In this document: positions 1 to 9,776 of the stretch, one piece after another
Position numbering within the stretch: the stretch's first letter is position 1
Layout of the letters: the number at the start of each line of letters is the position of its first letter
Origin: Candidatus Magasanikiibacteriota bacterium
Lineage (GTDB): Bacteria; Patescibacteriota; Patescibacteriia; Magasanikbacterales; UBA922
Length of the DNA: 61,269 nucleotides
Reading direction: 5' to 3'
Assembly (NCBI GenBank): GCA_052033375.1
Contig: JBPOJQ010000004.1
Span: 1-61,269 of the forward strand
Notes under the pieces: model-generated
Database searches by the model: none
What the model saw: the letters and a program-made list of their open reading frames with translations, nothing else
Told to the model about the DNA's origin: nothing
Position numbers and translations under genes: made by a program

Positions 1-1
1 T

Positions 2-3000
2 ATTGAATGACACCGTAACTTCTTGTGACTTGGTGTATTGTGCCCCCTCATTGATAAGGATGAGTCCTGAAGGATTGTTTGGTGTTGAGGATGGAGTGGA
101 GGAGGAGGTGGTGACGGGAGGAGGTGGTGGTGACGATCCGCCACCAGATGACGCTTCGAGAGTCGTGATAACGAGTGGACTTGAATATGCGCTCTCATTG
201 CCATAGTTATCTACTGCTTTTATTTGGAATGTATATGGTGTCGCCATTAGCAAACCTGCAAATGTTGCCGATGTTTCGTCTGTTTCAGTCAACACATCAG
301 AAATAGTCGAAGAGACAACATAATACGAAACCCCACCAACAGTATCCCATGAAAGTGTAATTGACGTCTGTGTTTTATTTGCAGAAAGAGATGGAATTTG
401 CGGTGCCTGTAGCGGATTATCGACTGATACGATTCCTGAAACACGCGTACCCTCTACTTCACCATCATAGGGCGTCATGAATACACAATAGTCCCCTTCC
501 TCCCCCGGCTCATCGATATCTGCACGCCAGCTTGTAGTCGCAAGAGTAATCGGATAATCAGCGGAGCCATTAATAGTCAATTCAATCTGTCGATTATCCA
601 CTGCGGAATTATCAATTGAAGTAGTGTAGGTTGATGTTGCAGTCGTCGTAGAAAACGTCGTATATGCAGTGCCCGTATAGCTCGCACAACTACCTAGCTT
701 ATACTCCGCCTTAATCGACACAGTGTCCCGATCTCCATCAAAAAGATGGAAATTGGTATATGGCTCAGTCGACGCTGGAATAGATACATCAAATATGAAA
801 AACCCATTCCCATTAAAACTAGTGAAAAAAGCTGTGTCATCTACGACATTTACTGCCAGTGGAGTATTCATCTCTGTGGATCGCACAACAAAACTTCCTA
901 TCAAGGATGTTACTAATGGATTTGAAATATCATAAACTGCGAGACCTCGATTTTCTCCACCAAAACTCACATACGCATAATTTCCAGATACAGCTACCGC
1001 ATTCGGGCTGGAAAGAAATGCTAGATTTGGTCTTGGGTCGCCCCTCGCAATTCGTACAATTTCAGGAAGTGTTTTATTCGTCACATCGATAACCACAAGT
1101 GCATGATAATCAGGGCCAGTAGCGTAGACATAATTTCCAGACACTGCAATAGAACCAGTGTTATCAAGAATAGTAGTATCCTTCACTCCACCAACTATTA
1201 CTGGATTCTCTGGATCAGAGATATCAATAATTCGAACACTTGAATCCAGTGTGTTCACCACGTACGCATAATTTCCAGATACAGCTACTTCACGCGCTCC
1301 ATTCAAATTCACTGAATCTACAATACCACCGACGATTACCGGATTCTCTGGATCAGAGATATCAATAATTCGAAAAAAGTCAGCTAAACTCACTACATAC
1401 GCATAATTTCCAGATACAGCTACTGCAGTCGCACCTGCAAGATTTACATTATCTTTAATCCCACCAACAATTACCGGATTTGTCGAGCTCGATATATCAA
1501 TTACACGGAGACTATTATCTCCAAATGTTGTGACATATATATAATTTCCAGACAGAGCAACATCGCCAACATTTTGCAACGCTGAATCATCTTTGACACT
1601 GCCGACAATTACCGGATTTGTCGAGCTTGATATATCAATTACTTGTACACTGTTGTCAGCGTAGCTCGCTACATATGCATAATCCCCTGAAACAGCAAAA
1701 CCAATCGCTTGATTGAGCGCAGTCGATGATACGAGCGAGCCAATGAGTCGAGGCTGATGAAAATTCAGAAATAATTCAGGTGCCTCATTTGCTTTTTCAA
1801 TACTTGCAACTCCAACTTCTGCAGCTGCAGCAGATAATCCCCCACCGTCTACATGAAGACTCGAGGTCGTAAAATTAGTACCATTTGCATAAATATGATT
1901 TACAAAAATACATCCTCCTCCACCTCCTCCATATTGTGTTGGTGCAGGATCAGGATCCACTCCATTATCTCCTCCCCGAGCAAACACCTCGCCACTTCCC
2001 TGAATCGTTGGTGCATACAGTCTGACTGCACCACCCGCCCCAGCACCAGAAATTGACTCAAACACTTCGCCTCCGACAAAAAAATCAAATGCTCCGTCTT
2101 CACCATCTGCATATATGTCACCGTCCAACGTGATTGATGTGCTTGCAACCAACCAAACCAATCCACCACCATCGCCACCACCCAACCCCACACCTCCACT
2201 AAAATAACCTGAGCTACCACCAGACCCGAGGGTCGCAGGAAGTGTGGCAGTACAGTACGCAGATCCACCAGGCCCTGCATATGTCCCTGCATCAACGCTC
2301 GCAGTACCATCTCCCCCATGCCCCGCTCCTGATGCAGTGACTGCATCAACATATACCCCTGCCCCAGGTCCACTCCCATCATTATTCCCTGTCCCACCTT
2401 GAAACCCCTTTCCAGTTACATTGACAGTACCCCCTGCCGCAATTGAAATACTATTCGCTTGTATATACACCATTTGGGTTTGTTCATTATTTGTTTCATT
2501 TTCTGAATGTGTGACGGTACCACCAGATGCAATTTCAAAGGTATCAAACCGAAGCGGAGTAGAAGATGAAAAATCATGCAGTACTAATGTTGCATTACTA
2601 CCAACTACCATATCAAGCGTAGCTGATTCACCCGTAGCATCATCTACAAATTCTGGTCGACGTGTAACACTTTCATTATATACTTCAATAGTTACATGTT
2701 CGATACTCGCACCTGAAGTAAACCGTCCGACCACATCTCCCTGAAAGCGCACCGTCCCCGAAGGACTACTGCCATCAAATGGATACGCGCCAGTAAAAGA
2801 AGCACTGCTCACCCCTGTATTTTCAGAAATAATATATACTGCAGAGGTCGCGACTGATACCGAAGTCAACTCCTCAGTACCCGATATAAAATCAGTCCTT
2901 GCAGTAGCAAACGATTGATCAATACCATAGCTTGGTGTAGTGGTCGCAGTCAGATACATGTTTCGAATTGTCTGGTCTACTTTTTCTACCAGTGCAACAC

Positions 3001-4054
3001 CAGCTCCACCATTTTCGTAACCCACACCTCCATCCACATTAATTTCTGATCCTGTAATTGAAGTAGTCGTCCCGTATCGGATACGCACACACCCACCTCC
3101 TCCACCTCCTCCATTACTATCAAAACTATTTCCTCCCCGTGCAGCAATTAATTCTGGTGTGCCTGTGACAGTTCCTCCAATTAAATATATTGTTCCACCC
3201 GATCCCCCACCCGCACCTTCTCCAGCGACTTCAAACCCACTCAAATCAGCATCCGCAGTAATACGTCCATTTATAGTAAACGTGTCATTCGCTTCTAATC
3301 GGATAAGTCCTCCTCCATCACCTCCAGTAGAAGTTGCGCTCCCTCCTCCACCACTTCCACTGTATACCGGATTCAAGGTATCAAAAGAACAGGACTGAAA
3401 ACCACCATAATTTCCACTACTGCTCTGCCCACCAGTACCCGCATTACTCGCCCCAGCCCCAGTCACACCATTCGTATTTGCATCCCCACCTCCATACCCA
3501 TATCCATCTTCTCCTATTCCACCTCCTGGAGAGCCCTCATTATCCACACGAATATGCGATCCTGAATCGACGATAATATTTTCAGCTACAAAATTTAGCA
3601 TATATTCAGTCGTGGATGTATTCTGCAAATGAGTGAGCACACCACCATGTATCACGCTCAATGTTCCACTAATTGTCTGCTGATTTGAATTTCCCTGCAT
3701 AAATAAACTGGAAGAAACAATGAGGTCTCCACCAGAACCTATATCTCCTAGCAGCGTAAAACGTACATCAGTTCCTGCAAGTGTCAAACTCGCAAAGTCA
3801 ATTGTTGACGTTGCTGAAATAAACATGTCATCACCGGTAATTGTTACCTCATCTGTTGCTGTAGGAACTTCTCCTCCGCTCCAATTCGCAGGATTATGCC
3901 AATATCCACCTCCTGGGTCGCCAACCCAGGTGACTGCTGCAGCTTTTACCCTCAACGTAAAAAAACCAAGAAATCCAAACACAAAATGGTTCAGTAGAAC
4001 TAATACTAAACCTGAGACAATTGAAAGTCTTTGGTAAAATTTAAGTTTGTTCAT
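2..4054 (-). CDS. Giant secreted/surface protein, running off the left edge (>=1351 aa): signal/TM, two Gly-rich modules, LVIVD beta-propeller repeats, FN3, Ser/Pro linker
   Basis: Manual translation from ATG 4054: MNKLKFYQRLSIVSGLVLVLLNHFVFGFLGFFTLRVKAAAVTWVGDPGGGYWHNPANWSGGEVP... Later segments include GSGGGG..GGDGGGLIRLEA-type Gly modules (twice), VAVSGNYAYV..IIDISDPENPVIVG repeats and FN3-like SITLSWDTVGGVSYYVV..YTFQIKAVDNYGNES. The frame is open to the window edge, which explains its absence from the ORF track. Confidence 0.85.
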   Translation of the reverse strand, partial: MNKLKFYQRLSIVSGLVLVLLNHFVFGFLGFFTLRVKAAAVTWVGDPGGGYWHNPANWSGGEVPTATDEVTITGDDMFISATSTIDFASLTLAGTDVRFTLLGDIGSGGDLIVSSSLFMQGNSNQQTISGTLSVIHGGVLTHLQNTSTTEYMLNFVAENIIVDSGSHIRVDNEGSPGGGIGEDGYGYGGGDANTNGVTGAGASNAGTGGQSSSGNYGGFQSCSFDTLNPVYSGSGGGGSATSTGGDGGGLIRLEANDTFTINGRITADADLSGFEVAGEGAGGGSGGTIYLIGGTVTGTPELIAARGGNSFDSNGGGGGGGCVRIRYGTTTSITGSEINVDGGVGYENGGAGVALVEKVDQTIRNMYLTATTTPSYGIDQSFATARTDFISGTEELTSVSVATSAVYIISENTGVSSASFTGAYPFDGSSPSGTVRFQGDVVGRFTSGASIEHVTIEVYNESVTRRPEFVDDATGESATLDMVVGSNATLVLHDFSSSTPLRFDTFEIASGGTVTHSENETNNEQTQMVYIQANSISIAAGGTVNVTGKGFQGGTGNNDGSGPGAGVYVDAVTASGAGHGGDGTASVDAGTYAGPGGSAYCTATLPATLGSGGSSGYFSGGVGLGGGDGGGLVWLVASTSITLDGDIYADGEDGAFDFFVGGEVFESISGAGAGGAVRLYAPTIQGSGEVFARGGDNGVDPDPAPTQYGGGGGGCIFVNHIYANGTNFTTSSLHVDGGGLSAAAAEVGVASIEKANEAPELFLNFHQPRLIGSLVSSTALNQAIGFAVSGDYAYVASYADNSVQVIDISSSTNPVIVGSVKDDSALQNVGDVALSGNYIYVTTFGDNSLRVIDISSSTNPVIVGGIKDNVNLAGATAVAVSGNYAYVVSLADFFRIIDISDPENPVIVGGIVDSVNLNGAREVAVSGNYAYVVNTLDSSVRIIDISDPENPVIVGGVKDTTILDNTGSIAVSGNYVYATGPDYHALVVIDVTNKTLPEIVRIARGDPRPNLAFLSSPNAVAVSGNYAYVSFGGENRGLAVYDISNPLVTSLIGSFVVRSTEMNTPLAVNVVDDTAFFTSFNGNGFFIFDVSIPASTEPYTNFHLFDGDRDTVSIKAEYKLGSCASYTGTAYTTFSTTTATSTYTTSIDNSAVDNRQIELTINGSADYPITLATTSWRADIDEPGEEGDYCVFMTPYDGEVEGTRVSGIVSVDNPLQAPQIPSLSANKTQTSITLSWDTVGGVSYYVVSSTISDVLTETDETSATFAGLLMATPYTFQIKAVDNYGNESAYSSPLVITTLEASSGGGSSPPPPPVTTSSSTPSSTPNNPSGLILINEGAQYTKSQEVTVSFN
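960..1700 (-). repeat. Coding tandem repeats (LVIVD-type), period about 135-138 bp
   Basis: ggattctctggatcagagatatcaataattcgaa occurs at 1203 and 1341. ttaccggatttgtcgagct..atatatcaattac occurs at ~1471 and ~1609. gcataatttccagatacagctac recurs several times. Confidence 0.85.
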
Positions 4055-4121
4055 GTATCATAATATTCACACACTCTTATAGTATACTCATTTTTGTCCT
4101 GCTTTAAAAGTAAATTTGTGC

Positions 4122-4152
4122 ATAAAAAGACCCGGTGTACGGATCTTTTTAT
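4122..4152 (-). terminator. Intrinsic terminator downstream of pyk
   Basis: ataaaaagacccg-gtgta-cggatctttttat stem-loop with A/T tails. Confidence 0.6.
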
Positions 4153-4168
4153 TATGTGCTCGTAATTA

Positions 4169-5614
4169 CTATACTTCCCGAACTTCCAGCAAGTTCACAT
4201 GCCCAGCCTGACCCACCGGCTCCCCTGCAACAATAATCAAACAATCGCCATCTTCAACCATCTTTTTATCCTTCAAATTAAGTATCGAACGCTCAATCAA
4301 CTCCTCAATTGTCTTACACTCTTCCAAAATAAATGGTCCTACTCCCCACGAAAGATTTAACTGACGACGCACACGCTCGGAGCTTGTAGCGACTGCGATC
4401 GGCAGCTCTGGACGATATTTGGAAATAAGCCGTCCGGTATCACCAGACAATGACGCAGCTAAAATCAATTTTGCGCCCACCTCTTCAGCGACTAATTTTG
4501 ATAACCCACTAATAGTGGTGTCAACATTTTTTTGTTTTGTATGCGTCTCTACTACCACCGGCACATCATCGTAACTTGATTCTTCCGCAGATCTGATAAT
4601 TGATGCCATGGTCTCGACTGTTTCGACAGGATACTCTCCAGTCGCAGTCTCATTTGATAACATCACCGCATCAGTGTGATCAATAACCGCATTTGACACA
4701 TCCGAGACTTCTGCGCGGGTCGGCCGAGGATTGTGCTGCATTGAATCAAGCATCTGAGTGGCAACAATTACTGGCTTTGCTCCTGCGCGTGATAGATCGA
4801 TAATCCTTTTTTGAATCAAAGGCACTTCTTCTGCTGGAATTTCAATACCCAAATCTCCACGCGCCACCATAATACCATCAGCAACATCAATAATTTTTTC
4901 AATTTTTTTTACAGCCTCATGCTTTTCTATTTTTGCAATAATCCGTATCGGACTATTTTCTATATTTTTCATCGTGTGTTCAATCTCTTTGATAAAAAAC
5001 TTTACATCGAGGATATCTTGCGGATCCATTACAAATGACATCGCGACCAAATCTACCCCCTGTTCAATACCAAATTTCAAATCTGCCCTATCTTTTTCAG
5101 TCAACACTGTAAGATTTTTCAGACTAGTATCCGGCACATTGATACCTTTATGTGATGTCAATCGCCCTCCCACCACGACCGTAGCTATAATTTTTTTTTC
5201 CTCTACCCGTGCTACTACCGCTTCACATTTACCATCATCAAGCAGTATCCGCTCTCCTGGTTTTACATATTCATGCAATTCTTCGAAACCAATCGGAATT
5301 TCCACCGAAGTCTGTGGCGCATATGTAAGCACAATTTCAGTACCTTTTTTTATTTCTATTCCTGCTTCAGGTAATTCACCCAATCGCAGTTTTGGTCCTT
5401 GTAAATCCTGAAGGATTGCCACCGGCTCTCCCGTACGTTTTTCTACTTCACGAATATTCTTGATAAGAAGCGCGTGATTTTCATGCGTACCATGGGAAAA
5501 ATTCAATCGTGCCACATTCATACCCGCATGTACCATACGTTCAAGCACGTCAACACTTTCACACGCTGGACCAATTGTTGCGACTATTTTTGTTTGCTTT
5601 ATTTTTTTTGACAT
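4169..5614 (-). CDS. pyk: Pyruvate kinase
   Basis: TKIVATIGP, ARLNFSHG, DLQGPKLR, IIAKIE, MVARGDLG, ATQMLDSM..NPRPTRAE motifs. Start reassigned to MSKK at 5614. Confidence 0.97.
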   Translation of the reverse strand: MSKKIKQTKIVATIGPACESVDVLERMVHAGMNVARLNFSHGTHENHALLIKNIREVEKRTGEPVAILQDLQGPKLRLGELPEAGIEIKKGTEIVLTYAPQTSVEIPIGFEELHEYVKPGERILLDDGKCEAVVARVEEKKIIATVVVGGRLTSHKGINVPDTSLKNLTVLTEKDRADLKFGIEQGVDLVAMSFVMDPQDILDVKFFIKEIEHTMKNIENSPIRIIAKIEKHEAVKKIEKIIDVADGIMVARGDLGIEIPAEEVPLIQKRIIDLSRAGAKPVIVATQMLDSMQHNPRPTRAEVSDVSNAVIDHTDAVMLSNETATGEYPVETVETMASIIRSAEESSYDDVPVVVETHTKQKNVDTTISGLSKLVAEEVGAKLILAASLSGDTGRLISKYRPELPIAVATSSERVRRQLNLSWGVGPFILEECKTIEELIERSILNLKDKKMVEDGDCLIIVAGEPVGQAGHVNLLEVREV

Positions 5615-5747
5615 ATATACAAATAAGAATAGACCTAGTGTATCTTGAAATAAGAAAGGTGGCAATACAGTACTATTTACACTTAACGGACTGTATAGTA
5701 CACTCTTTGAGAAACGCCCTTTCTAGGGCACAAACACGAGGTGATGT

Positions 5748-5948
5748 GTGAGCCTTTTTACAAGACCGGACGGTACAACAGTGCGCCTTGAAATCAGGGG
5801 CGGCATCGGCCAGGTGTGGATCTACAACAAAGATGGTAAATGCATCAGGCGTCCAATCAGCGACATAGTCGCTCATGCACAACGCCAGGCAACCGACCAG
5901 GAGTCACCGACGGAGGGAGGCCCTGCCGAAAGAGCACCAGACGAGTGA
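5748..5948 (+). CDS. Small GC-rich ORFan (66 aa)
   Basis: GTG start after SD-like gaggtga; upstream tttaca-17-tacact (5676-5704); followed by hairpins. Confidence 0.6.
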   Translation: MSLFTRPDGTTVRLEIRGGIGQVWIYNKDGKCIRRPISDIVAHAQRQATDQESPTEGGPAERAPDE

Positions 5949-5960
5949 TTATTCTTCGCG

Positions 5961-6053
5961 GGGTATGCGGCGGCTGTTTTCAAACACCACCTGCGTACCC
6001 TTTATTACTCCAAAATATTTTGAGGTAGTAAAGGGAGGACACAGGTGGTGTTT
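5961..6053. terminator. Overlapping hairpins between convergent genes (bidirectional terminator-like)
   Basis: gggtatgcgg..ctgcgtaccc (5961-6000); aaacaccacctg (5982-5993) pairs with caggtggtgttt (6042-6053). Confidence 0.55.
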
Positions 6054-6060
6054 TGTATTA

Positions 6061-8736
6061 CTATTTTTTCCGGTTCATTATCGCTTTCAACATTTCGACA
6101 AACAACAAATTCAACAACCCAAATCCACACAACGCCATCCATTCGACAGCACCCAATGGAACTGTATGCAACAAACGCTGGAATATTGGCAGATAGGTCG
6201 CACAGAGTAACATGCCCCATCCGAATAGTACTGCAAGTGTCAAATAATGGTTATCAAACCAGCGCATGTGTAAAAGTGATTTTCTCAGATTTCTAATTGG
6301 GTAGATATAAAACAATGCATCCACTGCAAACGCCAGGAACATGATTGTTCGAACACGCGCAATATCATCAGTTGTCCGCTCAAAATAAAAAAACATACCG
6401 CCGAGCAAAATATTTGCAAAAATTGTTTTTGCAATAATTATAAACCTCATCTCACGATCAATAATTGGCGCATTCCGTTTGCGCGGAGGTTCTTCCATAT
6501 TCTGTTTGTCTCCACGATCAAATGCAAGTGCAATGACAGGAAATGAATCCTGAATTAAATTAACCCACAAAATTTGTACAGGTAACACGGGCAGGGGCAT
6601 ACCTGCAATAATACTGGCGCTAATTAACAATACCTCAGAAAAACTACTTGAGAGGAGATACAACACGACTTTTTTTATATTTTGATAGATTCCACGACCC
6701 TCCTCAACCGAAGCTACAATAGTAGTAAAAGAATTATTCAATAAAATCACATCCGCAATTTCTTTTGCCACATCAGTACCAGATCCTACCGCAACCCCGA
6801 TATCTGCTCCTTTGAGTGCAGGTGCATCATTCACCCCGTCCCCAGTCATAGCAACCACCTGCCCTCGAGCCTGTAGTGCAGCAATGACTCTCATCTTGTG
6901 CTTCGGCTCGACACGCGCAAATACTGACGTCTTTTTGAGTCTTTCATCAAGTTCTCGATCAGAAAGTCGATCGAGTTCCACCCCTTCACACACACTCTCA
7001 GTAGCCATTCCTATCCCCGCACTACGCGCAATTGCACGTGCAGTAATGGCATGATCCCCTGTCATCATAATTACCCTGATTCCTGCACGGAGTGCCGCAC
7101 GGACTGTTTCAGGAACATCCGCACGAAGCGGATCAGCAAGTACGATAAGTCCCACAAATATCATATCGCACAAATCATGTTCTCCTATCAACTTTTTACC
7201 CGCGTGAGTTTCTCTATATGCAACACCGATCACTCGCAACCCCTCTTCGGTGTACTCACGCTCTTTTTGTCTCACAAACGATTCTATTTTTTTATTCCAC
7301 ACATGCACTCCCCCTTCTGCACGATATGCACGTATACGGGGATATATTTTTTCAAGCGCGCCTTTCATAATTATGATTCGAGACGTGGTATCAGTCACCA
7401 GTACTGCCATATATTTCTGATCACTGCCAAAAGGTATATCCGACAGACGTTCATACACGTGGTCTAGTTCGGTCTTGTATAGACCAATATGTCCCCCATA
7501 TCTCAATAATGCTGAATCAGTAAGATTCCCAGAAATTCTCCATTCATTTTCTGGTTTTGTATAATTCTCAAGGACACCATCGTTGCATAATACCCCCAAT
7601 TCAATCAGGTATTTCGCATCATGCTCAAGTGAATTTTCATCTATTTTTTCTCCCACAAAATTCCGAGCATCAAATGCCGCACGCGCAGTCGACATATACA
7701 CCACAGACATATTCCCTTCGGTCAATGTTCCTGTCTTATCCGTACAAATTACTGAAACAGAACCGAGTGTTTCTGCTGCAAGTAATTTTCGAACAAGTGC
7801 ATTTCTTTTGAGTATATGTTTCATGCCAATCGCAAGAATTATTGTCATTGAGATGGCAAGTCCTTCTGGAATAGCTGCCACAGCTACAGCCACAGCAGTT
7901 TTGAACAATTCAATTCCTTTTTCAGTATGTTCTGATTGAGAAAATAAGCCAAGTAAGAGAATACTCGCGCACATACCCACCACCGTCACACCTAATATTT
8001 TCCCTAATTTTGAAATTTGTTTTTGCAATGGAGTTGTGTCTTCACCGATAGTTCCGACCATTTCTGCTATTTTTCCAATCTCTGTCGCACCCCCAATCGC
8101 AGTGACGAGAACTTTTGCTCGCCCCCTGGTCATGACTGTGCCACGATATACCATATTTATCCTATCAGCGACCGAGATATTTCTTTTCATCAAAGCATCG
8201 GTTGTCTTTTTCTGCGGCTCCACTTCACCGGTCAGTACAGATTCATTGACCTCGCACTCAGATACGTGAATTACACGCCCATCTGCTTGAATTTTGTCAC
8301 CAGCGCGAATAAGCATAATATCGCCCACCACTACCTCCTGGCTTGGTACACGGACAGAGGTGCCATTTCGAATTACTTCTGCACTATAGGTCACCATGTT
8401 TTTTAATTTCTTCAATGCTGCATTTGCTTGGTATTCCTGTACAAATCCCACCAACACATTCACAGCAACCGTAATACTAATTACGACCACATCAATGAAT
8501 TCAGATAATAAAAAACTGATTATCGATGCAACAATCAAAATCATAATCAACGGACTCGTAAATTGTTCACCTAAAATTCTCCATGCAGTGACATCCCGAC
8601 TCTTGGCAGGAATTTCATTCGGACCATATTGATTCAATTGATTCAGAGCCTCTGCAGACGAGATACCCCTTTCAGTACTCTTTAATATTTCAAGTGAATG
8701 TGGGATACTACGTATATGAAAATCTTCGTTTTTCAT
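6061..8736 (-). CDS. Cation-transporting P-type ATPase (P2, Ca2+-type)
   Basis: DKTGTLT phosphorylation motif, LTGE, AIPEGL, KGA, MTGDH, MTGDGVNDAPAL; about 10 TM segments. Confidence 0.95.
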   Translation of the reverse strand: MKNEDFHIRSIPHSLEILKSTERGISSAEALNQLNQYGPNEIPAKSRDVTAWRILGEQFTSPLIMILIVASIISFLLSEFIDVVVISITVAVNVLVGFVQEYQANAALKKLKNMVTYSAEVIRNGTSVRVPSQEVVVGDIMLIRAGDKIQADGRVIHVSECEVNESVLTGEVEPQKKTTDALMKRNISVADRINMVYRGTVMTRGRAKVLVTAIGGATEIGKIAEMVGTIGEDTTPLQKQISKLGKILGVTVVGMCASILLLGLFSQSEHTEKGIELFKTAVAVAVAAIPEGLAISMTIILAIGMKHILKRNALVRKLLAAETLGSVSVICTDKTGTLTEGNMSVVYMSTARAAFDARNFVGEKIDENSLEHDAKYLIELGVLCNDGVLENYTKPENEWRISGNLTDSALLRYGGHIGLYKTELDHVYERLSDIPFGSDQKYMAVLVTDTTSRIIIMKGALEKIYPRIRAYRAEGGVHVWNKKIESFVRQKEREYTEEGLRVIGVAYRETHAGKKLIGEHDLCDMIFVGLIVLADPLRADVPETVRAALRAGIRVIMMTGDHAITARAIARSAGIGMATESVCEGVELDRLSDRELDERLKKTSVFARVEPKHKMRVIAALQARGQVVAMTGDGVNDAPALKGADIGVAVGSGTDVAKEIADVILLNNSFTTIVASVEEGRGIYQNIKKVVLYLLSSSFSEVLLISASIIAGMPLPVLPVQILWVNLIQDSFPVIALAFDRGDKQNMEEPPRKRNAPIIDREMRFIIIAKTIFANILLGGMFFYFERTTDDIARVRTIMFLAFAVDALFYIYPIRNLRKSLLHMRWFDNHYLTLAVLFGWGMLLCATYLPIFQRLLHTVPLGAVEWMALCGFGLLNLLFVEMLKAIMNRKK

Positions 8737-8881
8737 GGAAAAAAGTTTACTTGACTTTTCTATTCATCTAGTATATCATATTCGCGTCTCTAGTAGTTCT
8801 TAGTTCATGACAAGAAAGCCAATAGTAAGAGAGTTTGTATTTCTTATGAACTTTCTTCCTATTTGCTATGAACTAATTTAT

Positions 8882-8957
8882 GACCCTGTAGCTCAGCTGG
8901 TAGAGCAGTGGCCTTTTAAGCCAATGGTCGTGGGTTCGATCCCCACCGGGGTCACCA
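8882..8957 (+). tRNA. tRNA-Lys(UUU), CCA encoded
   Basis: GACCCTG..CGGGGTC acceptor, TAGCTCAGCTGGTAGAGC D-arm, TGGC-CTTTTAA-GCCA anticodon arm, GTGGGTTCGATCCCCAC T-arm. Confidence 0.97.
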
Positions 8958-8960
8958 AAC

Positions 8961-8990
8961 ATAAAACTCTGAAATTACTCAGAGTTTTAT
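8961..8990 (+). terminator. Terminator after tRNA-Lys
   Basis: ataaaactctga-aattac-tcagagttttat. Confidence 0.7.
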
Positions 8991-9045
8991 TGTGTCTAAT
9001 TGATACTAGGTACACATATCGTCACGTGGTACGGCGCGACATCAC

Positions 9046-9120
9046 GACATAACCCATGTTCCCTCCCAACCTGTAGATACTCACACACAGTATAATATGC
9101 ACAGGTTGGGGGGTTATGTC
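9046..9120. terminator. Long imperfect inverted repeat 3' of the SnoaL-like gene
   Basis: gacataacc..cccaacctgt pairs with acaggttggg..ggttatgtc. Confidence 0.55.
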
Positions 9121-9139
9121 AGTATACCCCCCTTGAGAC

Positions 9140-9556
9140 TCAGCTGATGCGCGGGGTAATCACTCCACGAACCTGTGACTGCCGATCATCCACTTCTTCA
9201 ATCTTCGTACTCTGAATCAGACCGCCTTCGAAGGTGAACGTGATCATCCGGTGAGCCGGAGGACGTCCACCGCCCACCCCCTCGAAGTAGACGAGTATTG
9301 CAGTGTCTGATTCGCACGGGATGTACTGATCCATTTCGTATCTGAGATCCTGGTCGTCTCCGAAGATCGATCGCCACCACCAGGACAGCGGAATCCTCCC
9401 ATAGATCGTGCCGTGCGTCTTCGGATGCCTGCGTTTGATGTCTGGAGAGAAGTGCGTGGGTTTCTCGACGTAGAGCTCGAGGAGACGATCCGTATCATGT
9501 AGATTGAAGCACCTCAGCCACTCGTGGACGAGCATGTATCTTGTATCGCGAACCAT
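9140..9556 (-). CDS. SnoaL/NTF2-like fold protein (138 aa), GC-rich
   Basis: W..CFN.HD.DRLLELY....HFSP....HP.THG.I.G...L..WW...F pattern typical of SnoaL-like proteins; SD-like gagaggg before ATG 9556. Confidence 0.7.
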   Translation of the reverse strand: MVRDTRYMLVHEWLRCFNLHDTDRLLELYVEKPTHFSPDIKRRHPKTHGTIYGRIPLSWWWRSIFGDDQDLRYEMDQYIPCESDTAILVYFEGVGGGRPPAHRMITFTFEGGLIQSTKIEEVDDRQSQVRGVITPRIS

Positions 9557-9623
9557 TGTTTTGAACCCTCTCTTTTTCGATGTAGCTAATTCTGCGTCAC
9601 ATGTCGCAGAATCAACGTGACAT

Positions 9624-9652
9624 ATTTTACGTGTAAAAAAAAATTTTGTAAA
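9624..9652 (-). promoter_or_regulatory. sigma70-like promoter of the SnoaL-like gene
   Basis: TTTACA-17 nt-TAAAAT on the minus strand. Confidence 0.6.
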
Positions 9653-9693
9653 CAAAAACTCCATACCACTATTATGGTATGGAGTAAATTGTC

Positions 9694-9765
9694 TCCGACG
9701 CTGTGGGCGATCGACATGTCAGAGACATGGTTCGCTCGCAGCGTCGGAATCTACCCCCGGGGTAG
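9694..9765. other. Two hairpins 3' of ORFan 9777-10109
   Basis: tccgacgctgtgggcga..gacatgtc-aga-gacatg..tcgctcgcagcgtcgga (55 nt) and ctaccc-ccg-gggtag. Confidence 0.6.
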
Positions 9766-9776
9766 GATGGGCTGGA

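Noticed and set aside
960-1700. Regularly spaced repeats as a possible CRISPR array
   Set aside because: The 135-138-bp period is a multiple of 3, the repeats lie inside an open frame encoding LVIVD units, and there are no cas genes.
1900-2397. 165-aa minus-strand ORF from the track, and short plus-strand ORFs in 3-4037
   Set aside because: These are alternative-frame or antisense shadows of the Gly-rich giant protein.
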